A stretch of 64,000 nt of DNA, from assembly GCA_026936335.1 (NCBI GenBank), contig JAPMXV010000015.1, forward strand, positions 186,001-250,000, read 5' to 3'. The position numbers and the translations under genes are program-made. Source of the stretch: Mantamonas sphyraenae STR306 (lineage: Eukaryota > Protista > CRuMs). Each line of letters begins with the position of its first letter. The stretch's first letter is position 1. The notes below the pieces were generated by a model that was not told the origin of the DNA, searched no databases, and was given only the letters and a program-made list of their open reading frames with translations. Below, piece after piece: positions 59,468 through 64,000 of the stretch.

Positions 59468-61213
59468 ATGATGCCGTTTGGGCCCGGTGGGTCCGGCGAA
59501 GGGAAACGTTTGCGTGTGGCGTTGGAGAGCGGTGCGATGGAGGCTCATGCGATTATTGTGGAGGAAAACAATGTGGTGAATGTGACATGGAAGGCAACCG
59601 AGTGGGAGCTGGAGGTGTTGAAAACGGCGTTGCAGGCGTGGAAAGGAAACAACCTCAAGCTGCGGTGCAGGAAACTCCGCATGGAGACACTTGCGGAACT
59701 GGTGGATGCGATTCTCAGCGATGGAAATGAGTTGCAAGCGTTGAAGCTGAAGGAGGTGACGCGGTCAGAGGGTGAGGCGGCGCTTGCGAAAGTGCTCGAG
59801 GAAAGAGGGTCCACGCTCTTGGCGCTGCACATCGGTCGCTGGATCTTTGACAGTGACAAACACCGTATACCGTTGGTGTGTACTGCGATTGGTAGTGGTT
59901 GCACTGCTCTTCGCGAAGTGTGTTTGGAGGTTTCACCCGAGAAAGAAGCCCTGGAGCATCTGGTTCAGAACTGCACGCATCTGAAGGTCCTACGCTTGCT
60001 ACAGCTGCGTTCAAAAGGGAGAAAGAGTTGGAAGTGGCTGGGGGAGGCTGTGAGCAAAAGTCGGCTTCGGGAGGTGCAGTTTGGGTTTTCGCAGCAGGTG
60101 AAGGGTGTCGGAGCGATGCTGAGCAAGATGTTCCTCTGTGAAACACTGCGCATCGTGACTTTGAGTGGCCAGGTGGCATCTGTGGAGGTTGATGAGCTGG
60201 AAGGAGTGGCAGAGGCACTGGAGACGGGAGGCCGGCAACTGCGCAGGATGGATCTGAGCAATTTCTGGGTGGGCAGGGAGGCCAAAGAATGGGCAGCTGA
60301 GGAGAGGGTGTCTCTGATGGCGGGTGTGTGCAAGGCGTTGCAGGGACACACGCAGCTGGATATGGTGGGACTTGGGGCGCCTTTGGATGATGAGGCGACC
60401 GTGGCGATGGCCGAGGCCATGGTAGAGATGGATGAGCTGCGTGAATTGCGGTTGCCGTATGGAAGCACGCCAGAGTATGGGTTGTGTATGCTTGCAGAGG
60501 CTGTGCGGCGGCACCCTGCGTTGGAGTGGGTTCAGCTTGCGACCGGGGTGGTCTCGAGGGTTCTTGGGGCGGAAGCAAGAGACGCTCTCGTGGGGATGGT
60601 GAGGGAAAACGACAGATTGCAAGTGGTGGAGGGTCCGTGGGGGGAGTTTGGGGCAAACAGTGCGATGCGAGGGCATGTTGTTCGGGCAGCGCTGGGGCAT
60701 GTGAGACTTCAGACGATTGGAAATCGAACGTGGGGAGGTGTGGATGAGGTGTTTGAGGAGAACATGGCGTGTGCTGAGAGGTTGGTGAAGGCGGAGAGTG
60801 TGGAGAGTGTGCGGGAGGAGCTGGAGAGGGGCTTGGGAGTGACCACGCGGATGGCGGGAAGGCGGCAAAGGGAATGGGTGGTGGAGAATGTGTTGGTGAA
60901 GGGGAATGTGGAGGTGTGGGAGGTGTTGGAGGAGTATGGGTTGCGGGAGGAGTTGACAGAGTGGGAGAAGGAGCAATGTGGGGAGATTGTGAGGGAGAAG
61001 GGTGTGTGGAGGAAGGAGTGGCATTGGGTGATGGGTGAGGAGGTGGATGAGAGGATAGAAGTGGCACTGGTGATGAACATGGAGGAGAGAGATGTGATGT
61101 TTGAGGCAGGTGGGATGGAGGGGTATGTGGAAGAGACGGGGTGGGAGGGATGGGTGACACTGCCGGATGAGGTGATGGAGAGAGCGGTGAAGTGGTTGGG
61201 GGAGGGGTCATGA
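59468..61213 (+). CDS. LRR-ANK-module protein (LRR-5)
   Basis: LQALKLK, LREVCLE, LKVLRLL, LRRMDLS repeats; conserved C-terminal module. Confidence 0.85.
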   Translation: MMPFGPGGSGEGKRLRVALESGAMEAHAIIVEENNVVNVTWKATEWELEVLKTALQAWKGNNLKLRCRKLRMETLAELVDAILSDGNELQALKLKEVTRSEGEAALAKVLEERGSTLLALHIGRWIFDSDKHRIPLVCTAIGSGCTALREVCLEVSPEKEALEHLVQNCTHLKVLRLLQLRSKGRKSWKWLGEAVSKSRLREVQFGFSQQVKGVGAMLSKMFLCETLRIVTLSGQVASVEVDELEGVAEALETGGRQLRRMDLSNFWVGREAKEWAAEERVSLMAGVCKALQGHTQLDMVGLGAPLDDEATVAMAEAMVEMDELRELRLPYGSTPEYGLCMLAEAVRRHPALEWVQLATGVVSRVLGAEARDALVGMVRENDRLQVVEGPWGEFGANSAMRGHVVRAALGHVRLQTIGNRTWGGVDEVFEENMACAERLVKAESVESVREELERGLGVTTRMAGRRQREWVVENVLVKGNVEVWEVLEEYGLREELTEWEKEQCGEIVREKGVWRKEWHWVMGEEVDERIEVALVMNMEERDVMFEAGGMEGYVEETGWEGWVTLPDEVMERAVKWLGEGS

Positions 61214-61245
61214 TCGTGACGGTTGGCGATGTGTGCACCAACAAA

Positions 61246-63000
61246 ATGGCTCTTCTTCCCCGGGAGCCGACCGCTCTACAGCGAGCGTTGGAAGGCAGTG
61301 TGGAGGATGTGCGAGAGGAATTGATGAAGAATGAACTTCAGGTGAATGTGAAATGGGCCAATGTCTCAGAGGACGAGCTGGCCAAGCTGCAGGAAGCGTG
61401 CGAGGGAGTGGAAGTGCGAGCGTTGTCGCTGAACTGTGGCAAAGTGCCGATGGGGTCTGTGGGGGCATTTCTGGAAGGGTGCATGGCACAGCAGAGGCAC
61501 TTGCAGGTGTTGAAGTTGTACCAATTGGCCCAGGGAGAAGGCGAGGGCCAGGATGGACCGGCAAAGTTGTTCCAAGCGCTGGAGTTGGTGGGAGGGGCGC
61601 TTCGTGAGTTGAGAGTGAAGCGGTCACTGGATGGATTAAGGATGCGATCGAGGAATTCGTGGAAGAACGTATTGATTTATGCGGTGGCCAATGGGTGCCC
61701 GATGCTGGAGGAGTTGTGGTTGGACGAACGCCTGAGTGGGGACGACCTTGGACGGGTGCTGCACTCTTGCACGAGGCTGAAAGGGTTGCGCCTGACACAT
61801 TTCGGATTGGAGAGTGAGGATGAGACACTGGAGATGGCACGGCTGATCGGGGAGAGCGGGTTGCGTGTGGTGAAGCTTTCCTTGCAGAAATCGTGGTCAA
61901 ACCTTGGCACCATCGTCGGGGCGATGCTTGAATGTGGGACACTGAGGGAATTGGTTCTCAATGGCACTTTGACGGATGAAGAATCAGTGAAAGGGCTGGG
62001 AAGGGCGTTGGAGGGCGGTGGCGGGCAACTGCGTCAGCTGGATCTGCAGTGGCTGCGTTTGAACAGCGTGTTGCAGAGAAGGTTTCGGGAGAGTGGAGAA
62101 TCGATGATGTTGGGATTGTGTGAGGCGTTGCAGGGACACACGCAGCTGGAGATGGTTGGATTGGGCATGGAGTTGGATACGAAGGAGGCAACAGCGCTGG
62201 CGACGGCGTTGGAAGGGATGAAGGGTCTGAGAGAGGTGTGCTTGCCGCATGGAAGCACATCGGATGAAGGAATGATTGCAGTGGCGGATGTGCTGCGTGT
62301 GCATCCGACAGTGGTGCAGGTGACGTTGGGATCGTACTTGAAGGAACGAGTGAGCGATGAGGTGGGTGATGCACTGTTGAGGATGGTAGAAGAGAATGAG
62401 AGGTTGGTAGAGGCAATTGGACCTTGGGCAAAGAGAGATGTGAACATGGAGGTGCGGGAGAAAGTGTTGAAGGCAGTGGAAGGACGTGTGCGGCTGCAGC
62501 GAATTGGGGGATATGGGGATGGTTTTGAAGCAGCGTTTCGGAAGAAGAAGAACAGTGCACAGAGATTGGTGAAGGCGGAGAGTGTGGATGCGGTGCGGGA
62601 GGAGCTGGAGAGGGGATTGTGGGTGAACACGCGTGTGTTACGGGGATGGGAAGAAGGGGAGTGGGTGGTGGAGAATGTGTTGGTGAAGGGGAATGTGGAG
62701 GTGTGGGAGGTGTTGGAGGAGTATGGGTTGCGGGAGGAGTTGACAGAGTGGGAGAAGGAGCAATGTGGGGAGATTGTGAGGGAGAAGGGTGTGTGGAGGA
62801 AGGAATGGCATTGGGTGATGGGTGAGGAGGTGGATGAGAGGATAGAGGTGGCACTGGTGATGAACATGGAGGAGAGAGATGTGATGTTTGAGGCAGGTGG
62901 GATGGAGGGGTATGTGGAAGAGACGGGGTGGGAGGGATGGGTGACACTGCCGGATGAGGTGATGGAGAGAGTGGTGAAGTGGTTGGGGGAGGGGTCATGA
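61246..63000 (+). CDS. LRR-ANK-module protein (LRR-6)
   Basis: Intact ORF; long near-identical stretches shared with LRR-2; conserved C-terminal module. Confidence 0.87.
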   Translation: MALLPREPTALQRALEGSVEDVREELMKNELQVNVKWANVSEDELAKLQEACEGVEVRALSLNCGKVPMGSVGAFLEGCMAQQRHLQVLKLYQLAQGEGEGQDGPAKLFQALELVGGALRELRVKRSLDGLRMRSRNSWKNVLIYAVANGCPMLEELWLDERLSGDDLGRVLHSCTRLKGLRLTHFGLESEDETLEMARLIGESGLRVVKLSLQKSWSNLGTIVGAMLECGTLRELVLNGTLTDEESVKGLGRALEGGGGQLRQLDLQWLRLNSVLQRRFRESGESMMLGLCEALQGHTQLEMVGLGMELDTKEATALATALEGMKGLREVCLPHGSTSDEGMIAVADVLRVHPTVVQVTLGSYLKERVSDEVGDALLRMVEENERLVEAIGPWAKRDVNMEVREKVLKAVEGRVRLQRIGGYGDGFEAAFRKKKNSAQRLVKAESVDAVREELERGLWVNTRVLRGWEEGEWVVENVLVKGNVEVWEVLEEYGLREELTEWEKEQCGEIVREKGVWRKEWHWVMGEEVDERIEVALVMNMEERDVMFEAGGMEGYVEETGWEGWVTLPDEVMERVVKWLGEGS

Positions 63001-63032
63001 TTGTGATGGTTGGCGATGTGTGCACCAACAAA

Positions 63033-64000
63033 ATGGCTCTTCTTCCCCGGGAGCCGACCGCTCTACAGCGAGCGTTGGAAGGCAGTGTGGAGGATGTGCG
63101 AGAGGAATTGATGAAGAATGAACTTCAGGTGAATGTGAAATGGACCAATGTCTCAGAGGACGAGCTGGCCAAGCTGCAGGAAGCGTGCGAGGGGGTGGAA
63201 GTGCGAGCGTTGTCGCTGAACTGTGGCAAAGTGCCGATGGGGTCTGTGGGGGCATTTCTGGAAGGGTGCATGGCACAGCAGAGGCACTTGCAGGTGTTGA
63301 AGTTGTACCAACTGGCCCAGGGAGAAGGCGAGGGCCAGGATGGACCGGCAAAGTTGTTCCAAGCGCTGGAGTTGGTGGGAGGGGCGCTTCGTGAGTTGAT
63401 AGTGAAGCGGTCACTGGATGGATGGAGGATGCGATCGTGGACTTCGTGGAGGAACGTATTGATTTATGCGGTGGCCAATGGGTGCCCGATGCTGGAGGAG
63501 TTGCGGCTGGACGAATGCCTGAGTGGGGACGACCTTGGACGGGTGCTGCACTCTTGCACGAGGCTGAAAGGGTTGCGCCTGACAAGGTTCGGATTGGAGA
63601 GTGAGGGGGAGACGCTGGAGATGGCACGGCTGATCGGGGAGAGCAGGTTGCGTGTGGCGAAGCTTTCCTTGCAGAAATCGTGGTCAAACCTTGGCACCAT
63701 TGTTGGGGCGATGCTTGGATGTGGGACACTGAGGGAATTGGTTCTCAATGGCACTTTGACGGATGAAGAATCAGTGAAAGGGCTGGGAAGGGCGTTGGAG
63801 GGCGGTGGCGGGCAACTGCGTCAGCTGGATCTGCAGTGGCTGCGTTTGAACAGCGTGTTGCAGAGAAGGTTTCGGGAGAGCGGAGAATCGATGATGTTGG
63901 GGTTGTGTGAGGCGTTGCAGGGACACACGCAGCTGGAGACGGTTGGATTGGGCATGGAGTTGGATACGAAGGAGGCAACAGCGCTGGCGACGGCATTGGA
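63033..64000 (+). CDS. LRR protein (LRR-7), recent tandem duplicate of LRR-6, truncated by the window end
   Basis: Open frame from AAAATG 63033 to the window end, collinear with LRR-6 at an offset of 1787 bp. Confidence 0.85.
   Translation, partial: MALLPREPTALQRALEGSVEDVREELMKNELQVNVKWTNVSEDELAKLQEACEGVEVRALSLNCGKVPMGSVGAFLEGCMAQQRHLQVLKLYQLAQGEGEGQDGPAKLFQALELVGGALRELIVKRSLDGWRMRSWTSWRNVLIYAVANGCPMLEELRLDECLSGDDLGRVLHSCTRLKGLRLTRFGLESEGETLEMARLIGESRLRVAKLSLQKSWSNLGTIVGAMLGCGTLRELVLNGTLTDEESVKGLGRALEGGGGQLRQLDLQWLRLNSVLQRRFRESGESMMLGLCEALQGHTQLETVGLGMELDTKEATALATAL

Larger units (their letters stand above)
53751..62986 (+). repeat. Dispersed ~290-bp near-identical purine-rich 3' cassette in each LRR gene (53751-54043, 55537-55828, partial ~57456-57635, 59131-59422, 60908-61199, 62695-62986)
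   Basis: GTGGAGGTGTGGGAGGTG...GAGGTGGCACTGGTGATGAACATGGAGGAGAGAGATGTGATGTTTGAGGC...ACACTGCCGGATGAGGTGATGG recurs almost base for base. Confidence 0.95.

Noticed and set aside
52251-64000. Diversity-generating retroelement or NLR cluster
   Set aside because: No reverse transcriptase or TR/VR pair with adenine-specific changes, and no P-loop NACHT/NB-ARC domain, is present in the window.
1-64000. tRNA, rRNA or snoRNA genes
   Set aside because: None were recognisable by eye. tRNAscan-SE and Infernal would be needed to exclude small RNAs, for example in the RPL22 introns.

Overview
A gene-dense, GC-rich eukaryotic window, very probably from a flagellated protist: it has short GT-AG spliceosomal introns, the standard genetic code, intergenic gaps often under 100 bp, and an IQUB radial-spoke gene. 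Housekeeping genes include CCDC86, a CCDC115/Vma22-like gene, a Pkr1-like gene, two RPL22 copies, an a-a'-D type PDI, HPRT, pyroglutamyl peptidase I, IQUB, a mitochondrial carrier and ENGase. Four non-routine elements stand out. (1) Two clusters of intronless repeat-protein genes: three ankyrin genes at 8.6-14.5 kb and at least seven LRR(-ANK) genes at 52.3-64 kb. Their N-terminal solenoids are very divergent, but every complete member ends in the same ~65-aa module, which closes with a poxvirus PRANC/F-box-like W-x-T-[LQ]-P-D-E-V-M-[ED]-R motif. The module's DNA is nearly identical within each cluster, and the LRR genes show hypervariable patches in a conserved framework. This is a candidate diversified sensor/E3-adaptor system. 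(2) A recent inverted duplication (26.6-36.2 kb vs 38.3-44.5 kb) around PDI, whose right arm has lost a Patched/NPC1-like gene. (3) Two large kinases with unusual domain architectures. (4) An extremely Arg/Gly-rich tandem-repeat protein and a bacterial-type two-domain multicopper oxidase. Several single-base frameshifts in homopolymers and repeats look like long-read errors. All family calls come from motif recognition, not from database searches.
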